From Eledone cirrhosa (taxonomy: Eukaryota), in NCBI GenBank assembly GCA_964016885.1, contig OZ024764.1, forward strand, positions 2,790,001 to 2,854,000: DNA of 64,000 bases. The letters are read 5' to 3'. A program made the position numbers and the translations under genes. Numbering within the stretch: position 1 is the first letter of the stretch; each line of letters begins with the position of its first letter. The notes under the pieces were generated by a model. It was given only the letters and a program-made list of their open reading frames with translations. It ran no database searches and was not told the DNA's origin. Positions 1 to 11,876 of the stretch are shown here, one piece after another.

Positions 1-3000
1 GAGTGACTACTTGAGTGAGACAGTGGGACTAGTGAGGAGTGACTCTACTTGAGTGAGACGGTGGGACTAGTGAGGAGTGACTCTACTTGAGTGAGACAGT
101 GGGACTAGTGAGGAGTGACTCTACTCGAGTGAGACAGTGGAACTAGTGAGGAGTGACTCTACTTGAGTGAGACAGTGGGACTAGTGAGGAGTGACTCTAC
201 TTGAGTGAGACGGTGAAACTAGTCAGGAGTGACTCTACTTGAGTGAGACGGTGAAACTAGTGAGGAGTGACTCTACTTGAGTGAGACAGTGGGACTAGTG
301 AGGAGTGACTCTACTTGAGTGAGACAGTGGGACTAGTGAGGAGTGACTCTACTTGAGTGAGACAGTGGGACTAGTGAGGAGTGACTCTACTTGAGTGAGA
401 CAGTGGGACTAGTGAGGAGTGACTCTACTTGAGTGAGACAGTGGAACTAGTGAAGAGTGACTCTACTTGAGTGAGACAGTGGGACTAGTGAGGAGTGACT
501 CTACTTGAGTGAGACGGTGGAACTAGTGAGGAGTGACTCTACTTGAGTGAGACAGTGGGACTAGTGAGGAGTGACTCTACTCGAGTGAGACAGTGGAACT
601 AGTGAGGAGTGACTCTACTTGAGTGAGACAGTGGGACTAGTGAGGAGTGACTCTACTTGAGTGAGACGGTGAAACTAGTCAGGAGTGACTCTACTTGAGT
701 GAGACGGTGAAACTAGTGAGGAGTGACTCTACTTGAGTGAGACAGTGGGACTAGTGAGGAGTGACTCTACTTGAGTGAGACAGTGGGACTAGTGAGGAGT
801 GACTCTACTTGAGTGAGACGGTGGGACTAGTGAGGAGTGAATCTACTTGAGTGAGACGGTGGGACTAGTGAGGAGTGACTCTACTTGAGTGAGACAGTGG
901 GACTAGTGAGGAGTGACTCTACTTGAGTGAGACAGTGGGACTAGTGAGGAGTGACTCTACTTGAGTGAGACAGTGGGACTAGTGAGGAGTGACTCTACTT
1001 GAGTGAGACAGTGGGACTAGTGAGGAGTGACTCTACTTGAGTGAGATGGTGGGACTAGTGAGGAGTGACTCTACTCGAGTGAGACAGTGGGACTAGTGAG
1101 GAGTGATTCTACTCGAGTGAGACAGTGGGACTAGTGAGGAGTGACTCTACTTGAGTGAGACAGTGGGACTAGTGAGGAGTGACTCTACTTGAGTGAGACG
1201 GTGGGACTAGTGAGGAGTGACTCTACTTGAGTGAGACGGTGGGACTAGTGAGGAGTGACTCTACTTGAGTGAGACTGTGGGACTAGTGAGGAGTGACTCT
1301 ACTTGAGTGAGACAGTGGGACTAGTGAGGAGTGACTCTACTTGAGTGAGACAGTGGGACTAGTGAGGAGTGACTCTACTTGAGTGAAACAGTGGGACTAG
1401 TGAGGAGTGACTCTACTTGAGTGAGATGGTGGGACTAGTGAGGAGTGACTCTACTCGAGTGAGACAGTGGGACTAGTGAGGAGTGACTCTACTTGAGTGA
1501 GACAGTGGAACTAGTGAGGAGTGACTCTACTTGAGTGAGACAGTGGGACTAGTGAGGAGTGACTCTACTTGAGTGAGACAGTGGGACTAGTGAGGAGTGA
1601 CTCTACTTGAGTGAGACAGTGGAACTAGTGAGGAGTGACTCTACTTGAGTGAGACAGTGGAACAAGTGAAGAGTGACTCTACTTGAGTGAGACAGTGGGA
1701 CTAGTGAGGAGTGACTCTACTTGAGTGAGACGGTGAAACTAGTGAGGAGTGACTCTACTTGAGTGAGACGGTGAAACTAGTGAGGAGTGACACTACTTGA
1801 GTGAGACAGTGGGACTAGTGAGGAGTGACTCTACTTGAATGAGACAGTGGGACTAGTGAGGAGTGACTCTACTTGAGTGAGACGGTGGGACTAGTGAGGA
1901 GTAACTCTACTTGAGTGAGACGGTGGGACTAGTGAGGAGTGACTCTACTTGAGTGAGACAGTGGGACTAGTGAGGAGTGACTCTACTTGAGTGAGACAGT
2001 GGGACTAGTGAGGAGTGACTCTACTTGAGTGAGACAGTGGGACTAGTGAGGAGTGACTCTACTTGAGTGAGACAGTGGAACTAGTGAGGAGTGACTCTAC
2101 TTGAGTGAGACAGTGGAACTAGTGAGGAGTGACTCTACTTGAGTGAGACAGTGGGAATAGTGAGGAGTGACTCTACTTGAGTGAGACGGTGAAACTAGTG
2201 AGGAGTGACTCTACTTGAGTGAGACAGTGGAACTAGTGAGGAGTGACTCTACTTGAGTGAGACAGTGGGAGTAGTGAGGAGTGACTCTACTTAAGTGAGA
2301 CGGTGAAACTAGTGAGGAGTGACTCTACTTGAGTGAGACAGTGGGACTAGTGAGGAGTGACTCTATTTGAGTGAGACAGTGGGACTAGTGTGGAGTGACT
2401 CTACTTGAGTGAGACGGTGAAACTAGTGAAGAGTGACTCTACTTGAGTGAGAGTGGGACTAGTGAGGAGTGACTCTACTTGAGTGAGACAGTGGGACTAG
2501 TGAGGAGTGACTCTACTTGAGTGAGACGGTGAAACTAGTGAGGAGTGACTCTACTTGAGTGAGACGGTGGGACTAGTGAGGAGTGACTCTACTTGAGTGA
2601 GACAGTGGAACTAGTGAGGAGTGACTCTACTTGAGTGAGACAGTGGGACTAGTGAGGAGTGACTCTACTTGAGTGAGACAGTGGGACTAGTGAGGAGTGA
2701 CTCTACTTAAGTGAGACGGTGAAACTAGTGAGGAGTGACTCTACTTGAGTGAGACAGTGGGACTAGTGAGGAGTGACTCTACTTGAGTGAGACAGTGGGA
2801 CTAGTGAGGAGTGACTCTACTTGAGTGAGACAGTGGGACTAGTGAGGAGTGACTCTACTTGAGTGAGACGGTGAAACTAGTGAGGAGTGACTCTACTTGA
2901 GTGAGACAGTGGAACTAGTGAGGAGTGACTCTACTTGAGTGAGACAGCGGGACTAGTGAGGAGTGACTCTACTTAAGTGAGACAGTGGGACTAGTGAGGA

Positions 3001-5506
3001 GTGACTCTACTTGAGTGAGACAGTGGGACTAGTGAGGAGTGACTCTACTTGAGTGAGACAGTGGGACTAGTGAGGAGTGACTCTACTTGAGTGAGACAGT
3101 GGAACTAGTGAGGAGTGACTCTACTTGAGTGAGACAGTGGGACTAGTGAGGAGTGACTCTACTTGAGTGAGACAGTGGGACTAGTGAGGAGTGACTCTAC
3201 TTGAGTGAGACAGTGGAACTAGTGAGGAGTGACTCTACTTGAGTGAGACAGTGGAACTAGTGAGGAGTGACTCTACTTGAGTGAGACAGTGGGACTAGTG
3301 AGGAGTGACTCTACTTGAGTGAGACAGTGGAACTAGTGAGGAGTGACTCTACTTGAGTGAGACAGTGGGACTAGTGAGGAGTGACTCTACTTGAGTGAGA
3401 CAGTGGGACTAGTGAGGAGTGACTCTACTTGAGTGAGACAGTGGGACTAGTGAGGAGTGACTCTACTTGAGTGAGACAGTGGGACTAGTGAGGAGTGACT
3501 CTACTTGAGTGAGACAGTGGAACTAGTGATGAGTGACTCTACTTGAGTGAGACAGTGGAACTAGTGAGGAGTGACTCTACTTGAGTGAGACGGTGGAACT
3601 AGTGAGGAGTGACTCTACTTGAGTGAGACAGTGGGACTAGTGAGGAGTGACTCTACTTGAGTGAGACAGTGGGACTAGTGAGGAGTGACTCTACTCGAGT
3701 GAGACAGTGGGACTAGTGAGGAGTGATTCTACTCGAGTGAGACAGTGGGACTAGTGAGGAGTGACTCTACTTGAGTGAGACAGTGGGACTAGTGAGGAGT
3801 GACTCTACTTGAGTGAGACGGTGGGACTAGTGAGGAGTGACTCTACTTGAGTGAGACTGTGGGACTAGTGAGGAGTGACTCTACTTGAGTGAGACAGTGG
3901 GACTAGTGAGGAGTGACTACTTGAGTGAGACAGTGGGACTAGTGAGGAGTGACTCTACTTGAGTGAGACAGTGGGACTAGTGAGGAGTGACTCTACTCGA
4001 GTGAGACAGTGGGACTAGTGAGGAGTGACTCTACTTGAGTGAGACGGTGAAACTAGTGAGGAGTGACTCTACTTGAGTGTGACAGTGGGACTAGTGAGGA
4101 GTGACTCTACTTGAGTGAGACAGTGGGACTAGTGAGGAGTGACTCTACTTGAGTGAGACAGTGGAACTAGTGAGGAGTGACTCTACTTGAGTGAGACAGT
4201 GGAACTAGTGAAGAGTGACTCTACTTGAGTGAGACAGTGGGACTAGTGAGGAGTGACTCTACTTGAGTGAGACAGTGGGACTAGTGAGGAGTGACTCTAC
4301 TTGAGTGAGACGGTGAAACTAGTGAGGAGTGACTCTACTTGAGTGAGACGGTGAAACTAATGAGGAGTGACACTACTTGAGTGAGACAGTGGGACTAGTG
4401 AGGAGTGACTCTACTTGAATGAGACAGTGGGACTAGTGAGGAGTGACTCTACTTGAGTGAGACGGTGGGACTAGTGAGGAGTAACTCTACTTGAGTGAGA
4501 CGGTGGGACTAGTGAGGAGTGACTCTACTTGAGTGAGACAGTGGGACTAGTGAGGAGTGACTCTACTTGAGTGAGACAGTGGGACTAGTGAGGAGTGACT
4601 CTACTTGAGTGAGACAGTGGGACTAGTGAGGAGTGACTCTACTTGAGTGAGACAGTGGAACTAGTGAGGAGTGACTCTACTTGAGTGAGACAGTGGAACT
4701 AGTGAGGAGTGACTCTACTTGAGTGAGACAGTGGGAATAGTGAGGAGTGACTCTACTTGAGTGAGACGGTGAAACTAGTGAGGAGTGACTCTACTTGAGT
4801 GAGACAGTGGAACTAGTGAGGAGTGACTCTACTTGAGTGAGACAGTGGGAGTAGTGAGGAGTGACTCTACTTAAGTGAGACGGTGAAACTAGTGAGGAGT
4901 GACTCTACTTGAGTGAGACAGTGGGACTAGTGAGGAGTGACTCTACTTGAGTGAGACAGTGGAACTAGTGAGGAGTGACTCTACTTGAGTGAGACAGTGG
5001 GACTAGTGAGGAGTGACTCTACTTGAGTGAGACAGTGGGACTAGTGAGGAGTGACTCTACTTGAGTGAGACAGTGGGACTAGTGAGGAGTGACTCTACTT
5101 GAGTGAGACAGTGGGACTAGTGAGGAGTGACTCTACTTGAGTGAGACAGTGGAACTAGTGATGAGTGACTCTACTTGAGTGAGACAGTGGAACTAGTGAG
5201 GAGTGACTCTACTTGAGTGAGACGGTGGAACTAGTGAGGAGTGACTCTACTTGAGTGAGACAGTGGAACTAGTGAGGAGTGACTCTACTTGAGTGAGACA
5301 GTGGGATTAGTGAGGAGTGACTCTACTTGAGTGAGACAGTGGGACTAGTGAGGAGTGACTCTACTTGAGTGAGACAGTGGGACTAGTGAGGAGTGACTCT
5401 ACTTGAGTGAGACGGTGGAACTAGTGAGGAGTGACTCTACTTGAGTGAGACAGTGGAACTAGTGAGGAGTGACTCTACTTGAGTGAGACAGTGGGACTAG
5501 TGAGGA
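1..5506 (+). repeat. 38-bp tandem satellite (about 145 copies, runs off window start)
   Basis: Unit GAGTGACTCTACTTGAGTGAGACAGTGGGACTAGTGAG; period 38 (e.g. 151 to 189); few variants (GGAA, GAAA, CGG). Confidence 0.98.
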
Positions 5507-5583
5507 CTGCAAAGGACCAACTGTTAAACAAAACGGATGAACTTGTTACCTCGTGTAAACACAGACAACCGTTGGGGTCCTGA
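5473..5583 (+). pseudogene. Remnant C-terminus of a Penelope-like GIY-YIG endonuclease, in frame with the last satellite unit
   Basis: Translates LYLSETVGLVRTAKDQLLNKTDELVTSCKHRQP. It aligns with LCLMELYHIITAPHELINSRAETAISCTHR of the Penelope-like element at about 17480-17570 (minus). Confidence 0.65.
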
Positions 5584-5602
5584 CTCTTTTCCTATATATA
5601 TA

Positions 5603-5880
5603 TCATCATTTTATGTCCACTTTCCCCTGCTTGCAAGGGTGGGACGGGTCCTATTCAGCACAGCATCTCTCCACTTGTCACGGTCCTTCGTCATCTCCTC
5701 CGTGAGTTTCAGCAATCTGGGGTCAGCTCTTACCACCTCCGCCCATGTTTTTTGTGGTCTACCTCTACCACGTCTTCCTTCTACTGGGATTTCTTGGCAC
5801 TTCGTTACCCATCAGTCATCCTCCATGTACATCACATGTCCATACCATCTCAGTCTCCTCTCCCTCACACCACAACTTAT
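5603..5880 (-). mobile_element. RTE-clade LINE 3' fragment (family I)
   Basis: Reverse complement of 11400-11670; ends in ...GCAGGGGAAAGTGGACATAAAATGATGA tail. Confidence 0.9.
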
Positions 5881-5917
5881 CCCTCTTATACATAGTTTTT
5901 ATATATATATATATATA

Positions 5918-6253
5918 CGGAGGCACATGGCTTAGTGGTTAGAGCAATGGACTTGCAATCAAAAGGTTGTGAGTTCAATTCTCAGACCGGGTGATATGTT
6001 GTTTCCTTGAGCAAGACACTTTATTTCACATTGCTCCAGTTTACTCAGCTGTAGAAATGAGATGATAGGGACTGGGGTCCCTATCATTCCACTGCAAAGT
6101 GGTCGTGGAGGTGCCACGGCAAAAAAGCACCCAGCACTCACTGTAAATGAGGTTGGTGTTAGGAAGGGAATCCAGCTGTAGAAATCAAGCCAGAATCAGT
6201 TCCCGTCCCACCCTTGCAAGCAGGGAAAAGCGGACGTAAAATGATGATGATGA
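5918..6253 (+). mobile_element. tRNA-derived CORE-type SINE with RTE 3' tail
   Basis: A box TGGCTTAGTGG, B box GTTCAATTC, CORE-like CCTTGAGCAAGACACTT...CAGTTTACTCAGCTGTAGAAATG. Tail CCCGTCCCACCCTTGCAAGCAGGGAAAAGCGGACGTAAAATGATG is identical to the RTE end at 11624-11670. Confidence 0.88.
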
Positions 6254-6454
6254 TATATCACAGAAAAAAAAAGAGAATCAGTGTTGCGACGAAAGGAATT
6301 TATTGGACATATTACAATCGTTTCTCTGGCGACCAGCTCGAGGCACGATCGATGTGGTGATCAAACCTGACTCTGAAATCGCAAGGTCCTCAGATACATC
6401 TCGATTCTACGAAGCAGATTTTCCTATTATATATATATATTTCCAATTATATAT

Positions 6455-6793
6455 ATCATCATCATCATTTCATTTTACGTCCGCTTTTCCCTGCTTGCAA
6501 GGGTGGGACGGGAACCGATTCTGGCTTGATTGCTACAGCTGGATGCCCTTCCTAACACCAACCTCATTTACAGTGAGTGCTGGGTACTTTTTTGCCGTGG
6601 CACCTCCACGACCACTTTGTAGTGGAATGATAGGGACCCCAGTCCCTATCATCTCATTTCTACAGCTGAGTAAACTGGAGCAATGTGAAATAAAGTGTCT
6701 TGCTCAAGGAAACAACACATCACCCGGTCTGAGAATTGAACTCACAACCTTTCGATTGCAAGGCCAATGCTCTAACCACTAAGCCATGTGCCT
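6455..6793 (-). mobile_element. Same CORE-type SINE, inverted copy
   Basis: Near reverse complement of 5918-6253. Confidence 0.88.
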
Positions 6794-6812
6794 TTATATA
6801 TATATATATATA

Positions 6813-7607
6813 CTAGCAAAAGAGCCCATTGTTGCCGGGCACACCTTTCGCCACTGTAAATAAAGACTCCCCCTCTCTCATCAACAGGGCTGTCTTTAAA
6901 TAGCCTCAGAACTCATATTTTAAGGGCAAGATTTAAACTATACGTTGACATGGTCTGGGAGCTCAATAACCTATGTATCAAATTTGAACAAAATCAGATG
7001 GAAACTGGAAATGCATCTCTTGCATACAGACAGACAGACATTTTGGTTTCTATCTATAGAGACTAGCAGAAAACCATCCGGGGGCGGTTTTCTGCTAGTC
7101 TATATATCTAAAACAGAGAATGTCTGTCTGTCTGTCAGCTCACTAAAACTTGAGAACCATCCAACCGATTGTTTTCAAACTTTAGACATGTAATACTTAT
7201 GGTCCTGTGAGTGTTTTGAGCAAAAATTATTTCAAATTTTAAATGCCCTAGGGACCGCATTAGGTGATTTAGCGTTCTCTCTCTATAATTCTTAGTCTTT
7301 CTTTTTAGATAGATACATAGATATAACGTTGCGCCCTTATAATATCTGTCTGTATGTCTGGCTGTCTGCATTACATCATTATGACGCGCACAGTGCGATT
7401 CCCTCGGCCTCAGTGACCAAAGTCAGTGGAGAGGGGAAGGTAATGTTTCTGTAGCACGTGTTTTAGCGTCTATTCACTCTCTCTCTCCCTCCCGCTATCC
7501 CCCTCTCGTAGTCTGTCTCTTTCTTTCACTCTCACTCTCTCTCTACGCACGTGTTTCCACTGTCAGACAGACAGACAGAGAAATTGCTGGTTATATATAT
7601 AAGTAGA
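6813..7607. mobile_element. Cluster of non-autonomous Helitron-like pieces
   Basis: Minus-strand CTAG|T end at 6813 with GCCC...GGGC hairpin (6824-6840). TC-starting 5' ends followed by (TCTG)n/(ACAG)n tracts at 7062 (-), 7099 (+) and about 7607 (-). Confidence 0.55.
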
Positions 7608-7649
7608 TTATTTGTCATTGCAACATCATATAAACAAACCCAAGTGCAG

Positions 7650-9700
7650 CAGGGTTCAGAGATTGAAGAGGTGGGAGAAGATTTCTCATATCTTGGCAGT
7701 TTTATGAACACTTAACAGGATGTGAACACCAGGACAGGCAAGGTATGGGGGGGCAGGTCTCCCTATCAAATGTCTATGTGTCTCTGATCAAAAGTGTGTC
7801 TATTCAAAGCAACAGTTGAGTCCTGTCTCGTCTAGAGATGTGAGTCACGGACACCCTGTCATTAATCCTCTATCGGGATGTTTTTGTCACCAGGGATGCT
7901 GAGAAAGATTTAGAACATATCCTGGAGTACACACAGCAAATAATTCACTCTCTCACATTGCTGCAATATACCCAGCTGAAAATGAGGGGTCAGTGGTGGC
8001 TGGGGGTGTTTAGGGGTCAATTCCAGGACTGGGTTGTCTGTTGTGTTGAGCAAAACACTGTCATTACACATTGCTGCAATATACCCAGCTTTTATGAACA
8101 CTTAACAGGATGTGAACACCAGGACAGGCAAGGTATGGGGGGGCAGGTCTCCCTATCAAATGTCTATGTGTCTCTGATCAAAAGTGTGTCTATTCAAAGC
8201 AACAGTTGAGTCCTGTCTCGTCTAGAGATGTGAGTCACGGACACCCTGTCATTAATCCTCTATCGGGATGTTTTTGTCACCAGGGATGCTGAGAAAGATT
8301 TAGAACATATCCTGGAGTACACACAGCAAATAATTCACTCTCTCACATTGCTGCAATATACCCAGCTGAAAATGAGGGGTCAGTGGTGGCTGGGGGTGTT
8401 TAGGGGTCAATTCCAGGACTGGGTTGTCTGTTGTGTTGAGCAAAACACTGTCATTACACATTGCTGCAATATACCCAGCTTTTATGAACACTTAACAGGA
8501 TGTGAACACCAGGACAGGCAAGGTATGGGGGGGCAGGTCTCCCTATCAAATGTCTATGTGTCTCTGATCAAAAGTGTGTCTATTCAAAGCAACAGTTGAG
8601 TCCTGTCTCGTCTAGAGATGTGAGTCACGGACACCCTGTCATTAATCCTCTATCGGGATGTTTTTGTCACCAGGGATGCTGAGAAAGATTTAGAACATAT
8701 CCTGGAGTACACACAGCAAATAATTCACTCTCTCACATTGCTGCAATATACCCAGCTGAAAATGAGGGGTCAGTGGTGGCTGGGGGTGTTTAGGGGTCAA
8801 TTCCAGGACTGGGTTGTCTGTTGTGTTGAGCAAAACACTGTCATTACACATTGCTGCAATATACCCAGCTTTTATGAACACTTAACAGGATGTGAACACC
8901 AGGACAGGCAAGGTATGGGGGGGCAGGTCTCCCTATCAAATGTCTATGTGTCTCTGATCAAAAGTGTGTCTATTCAAAGCAACAGTTGAGTCCTGTCTCG
9001 TCTAGAGATGTGAGTCACGGACACCCTGTCATTAATCCTCTATCGGGATGTTTTTGTCACCAGGGATGCTGAGAAAGATTTAGAACATATCCTGGAGTAC
9101 ACACAGCAAATAATTCACTCTCTCACATTGCTGCAATATACCCAGCTGAAAATGAGGGGTCAGTGGTGGCTGGGGGTGTTTAGGGGTCAATTCCAGGACT
9201 GGGTTGTCTGTTGTGTTGAGCAAAACACTGTCATTACACATTGCTGCAATATACCCAGCTTTTATGAACACTTAACAGGATGTGAACACCAGGACAGGCA
9301 AGGTATGGGGGGGGGGGGGGGGCAGGTCTCCCTATCAAATGTCTATGTGTCTCTGATCAAAAGTGTGTCTATTCAAAGCAACAGTTGAGTCCTGTCTCGT
9401 CTAGAGATGTGAGTCACGGACACCCTGTCATTAATCCTCTATCGGGATGTTTTTGTCACCAGGGATGCTGAGAAAGATTTAGAACATATCCTGGAGAACA
9501 CACAGCAAATAATTCACTCTCTGGCTCACATTTTCACATTTCTGACATCATAATGCAGTGGAGGCTGGCATTAGCCAAACATTTGAAACATCACAATGAA
9601 CCTTCTTCTTGTCGTGTCCACAAGAGAATGAGTTACTAGCTTGGCTAGATGTGGTTCAGCTCAACACATTGCTGTCCTTTCTCATTGAACTCTGCCAAGT
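7650..9700 (+). mobile_element. Old degenerate RTE-type LINE ORF2 C-terminal region, interrupted by the 390-bp array
   Basis: Decayed motifs IEEVGEDFSYLGS, FKATVESCLV*RCESRT, RMLRKI*NISW and IMQWRLALAKH occur in RTE order. Confidence 0.65.
7700..9523 (+). repeat. 390-bp tandem repeat, about 4.7 essentially identical copies
   Basis: Identical ORFs recur every 390 bp (7958, 8348, 8738, 9128); last copy has an expanded G run near 9307-9322. Confidence 0.97.
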
Positions 9701-10570
9701 CCAATACTGTACAGGGGTGTTCCAGCAGGGATGTTTCAATACTGTGCAGGGGTGTTCCAGCAGGGATGTTTCAATACTGTGCAGGGGTGTTCCAGCAGGG
9801 GTGTTCCAATGCTGTACAGGGGTGTTCCAGCAGGGATGTTTCAATACTGTGCAGGGGTGTTCCAGCAGGGGTGTTCCAATGCTGTACAGGGGTGTTCCAG
9901 CAGGGGTGTTCCAATACTGTACAGGGGTGTTCCAGCTGGGGTGTTTCAATACTGTGCAGGGGTGTTCCAATGCTGTGCAGGGGTGTTCCAGCAGGGATGT
10001 TTCAATACTGTGCAGGGGTGTTCCAATGCTGTGCAGGGGTGTTCCAGCTGGGATGTTTCAATACTGTGCAGGGGTGTTCCAATGCTGTACAGGGGTGTTC
10101 CAGCAGGGATGTTTCAATACTGTGCAGGGGTGTTCCAATGCTGTGCAGGGGTGTTCCAGCAGGGGTGTTCCAATACTGTGCAGGGGTGTTCCAATACTGT
10201 ACAGGGGTGTTCCAGCTGGGGTGTTTCAATACTGTGCAGGGGTGTTCCAATACTGTACAGGGGTGTTCCAGCTGGGGTGTTTCAATACTGTGCAGGGGTG
10301 TTCCAATACTGTGCAGGGGTGTTCCAGCTGGGGTGTTTCAATACTGTGCAGGGGTGTTCCAATGCTGTGCAGGGGTGTTCCAGCTGGGATGTTTCAATAC
10401 TGTGCAGGGGTGTTCCAATGCTGTGCAGGGGTGTTCCAGCTGGGATGTTTCAATACTGTGCAGGGGTGTTCCAGCTGGGATGTTTCAATACTGTGCAGGG
10501 GTGTTCCAATGCTGTGCAGGGGTGTTCCAGCTGGGATGTTCCAAACCTGTGCAGGGGTGTTCCAGCAGGG
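9701..10570 (+). repeat. Composite minisatellite of 21-bp (CAATACTGTGCAGGGGTGTTC) and about 13-bp (CAGCAGGGATGTT) modules
   Basis: Direct reading; modules are interleaved irregularly. Confidence 0.95.
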
Positions 10571-10689
10571 GACATATCAGGAGGTGCTCCCAAGTCAGTG
10601 GTTCAATGCCACAGTCACACACAACGTCCCCATCCTTTAAATATCCCCATTTTGCAAGAGCGACTTCCTAGTGTTGGTGAGTTAAATGA

Positions 10690-10985
10690 TAAATGCACCC
10701 GGTACACTCTGTAAAGTAATTGGTGATAGGAAGAGTCTTCAATGACAGAACACTTACCAAAGAAAGGGTTGGGAGGACCTTCCAGTTGTGTTAAAGACAT
10801 TACAACCTGTCCCGTGCTGTTGCACGCAGCAGAACATGAAATACTTTAATACCCCTTCTCTGGGGAGGTCAGTAGCCCCACTTCAGTACTAACTTGGTTT
10901 ATGTGGACCTGTCCAGCACTTCAACAACCTCCCTAAAGCTGGTGCCATGATCAAATGCACCTAGTACACTCTGTAAAGTGTGAGA
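10690..10985 (+). repeat. Old dispersed repeat related to the SINE/RTE 3' module; inverted relative at 52655-52960
   Basis: GTCAGTAGCCCCACTTCAGTACT...GGTTTATGTGGACCTGTCCAGC recurs reverse-complemented near 52657-52710. Confidence 0.6.
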
Positions 10986-11257
10986 TGCTACACAATCTTT
11001 GGCCAATCATGAGCATCTCCGGTTAAGGGCTCTATATATAGAACTGTTTTGAGAAGATGTGAAAGAGAGTTAAACAAAGACTTCATGATAAGTAGATAAT
11101 TGTCATATTCATTAAATAATATGTGTTAATTTAGTGATTAATTGAGGTCTTAATTAGTTAAAAATTCCTCAATTAGATTAAGTAGTCAGGTTAAAAAAAA
11201 TTACTTTTGTGATTGTTTTGAGGTTTTGTAATTAATATATATATATATTAATATATA

Positions 11258-11676
11258 TGTGCTGCATGGTAGTGAGACATGGGCAGCAACTGCAGAGAAA
11301 TGAGGCAAGCATGCTCCGTTGGATGTGCAGTGTCAATGTGCGTGAATGACCCAGCATGAATGTGTTGAAAGAGAAACTGTGTCTGAGAGGGATAGAATGT
11401 AGTGTGCGAGAGAAGAGACTGAGGTGGTATGGACATGTGATGCGCATGGAGGATGACCGCTGGGTGAAGAAGTGCCAGGAAATGCCAGTTGAAGGAAGAC
11501 ATTGTAGAGGTAGACCACGAAAAACATGGGCGGAGGTGGTGAGAACAGACCTCAGATTGCTGAAGCTCACGGTGGAGATGACGAAGGACCGTGACAAGTG
11601 GAGAGATGCTGTGTTGAATAAGACCCGTCCCACCCTTGCAAGCAGGGAAAAGCGGACGTAAAATGATGATGATGAT
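11258..11676 (+). mobile_element. RTE-clade LINE 3' fragment (family I); single-copy version of the 80-bp satellite source
   Basis: VLHGSETWA...MLRWMC...EKRLRWYGHVMRMEDDRWVKKC...GRPRKTW...DRDKWR, then a (GAT)n tail. Confidence 0.93.
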
Positions 11677-11876
11677 AATATATATATATTACTCTCAGCA
11701 GAAGTGACGGGATATGTAATTGTGACAACCGCTAATGAGCAAGAAATGGCCATCGGTTGCTTCCCTTTGTTTTTGCTGAGACCAAGTAAGTGACATAGCA
11801 AATGGTCTTCAAAATGTTTTAAAATAAACACAGTATATTATCAAATATACTATACATACATATATATATATATATA

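Noticed and set aside
1-5506. CRISPR-like appearance of 38-bp repeats (also the 42-bp array)
   Set aside because: Units are head-to-tail with no unique spacers; no cas genes; eukaryotic context.
5918-5995. Possible tRNA gene (also other SINE heads)
   Set aside because: Continues into CORE domain and LINE tail; it is a SINE head with multiple copies.
7958-9388. Repeated 83-aa ORF as a tandem gene family
   Set aside because: Spans SINE-like and LINE-like pieces of the 390-bp unit and starts at a non-ATG codon.
9609-10714. Cys-rich 330-340 aa ORFs in all three plus frames
   Set aside because: Minisatellite translation; the same peptides appear in each frame.
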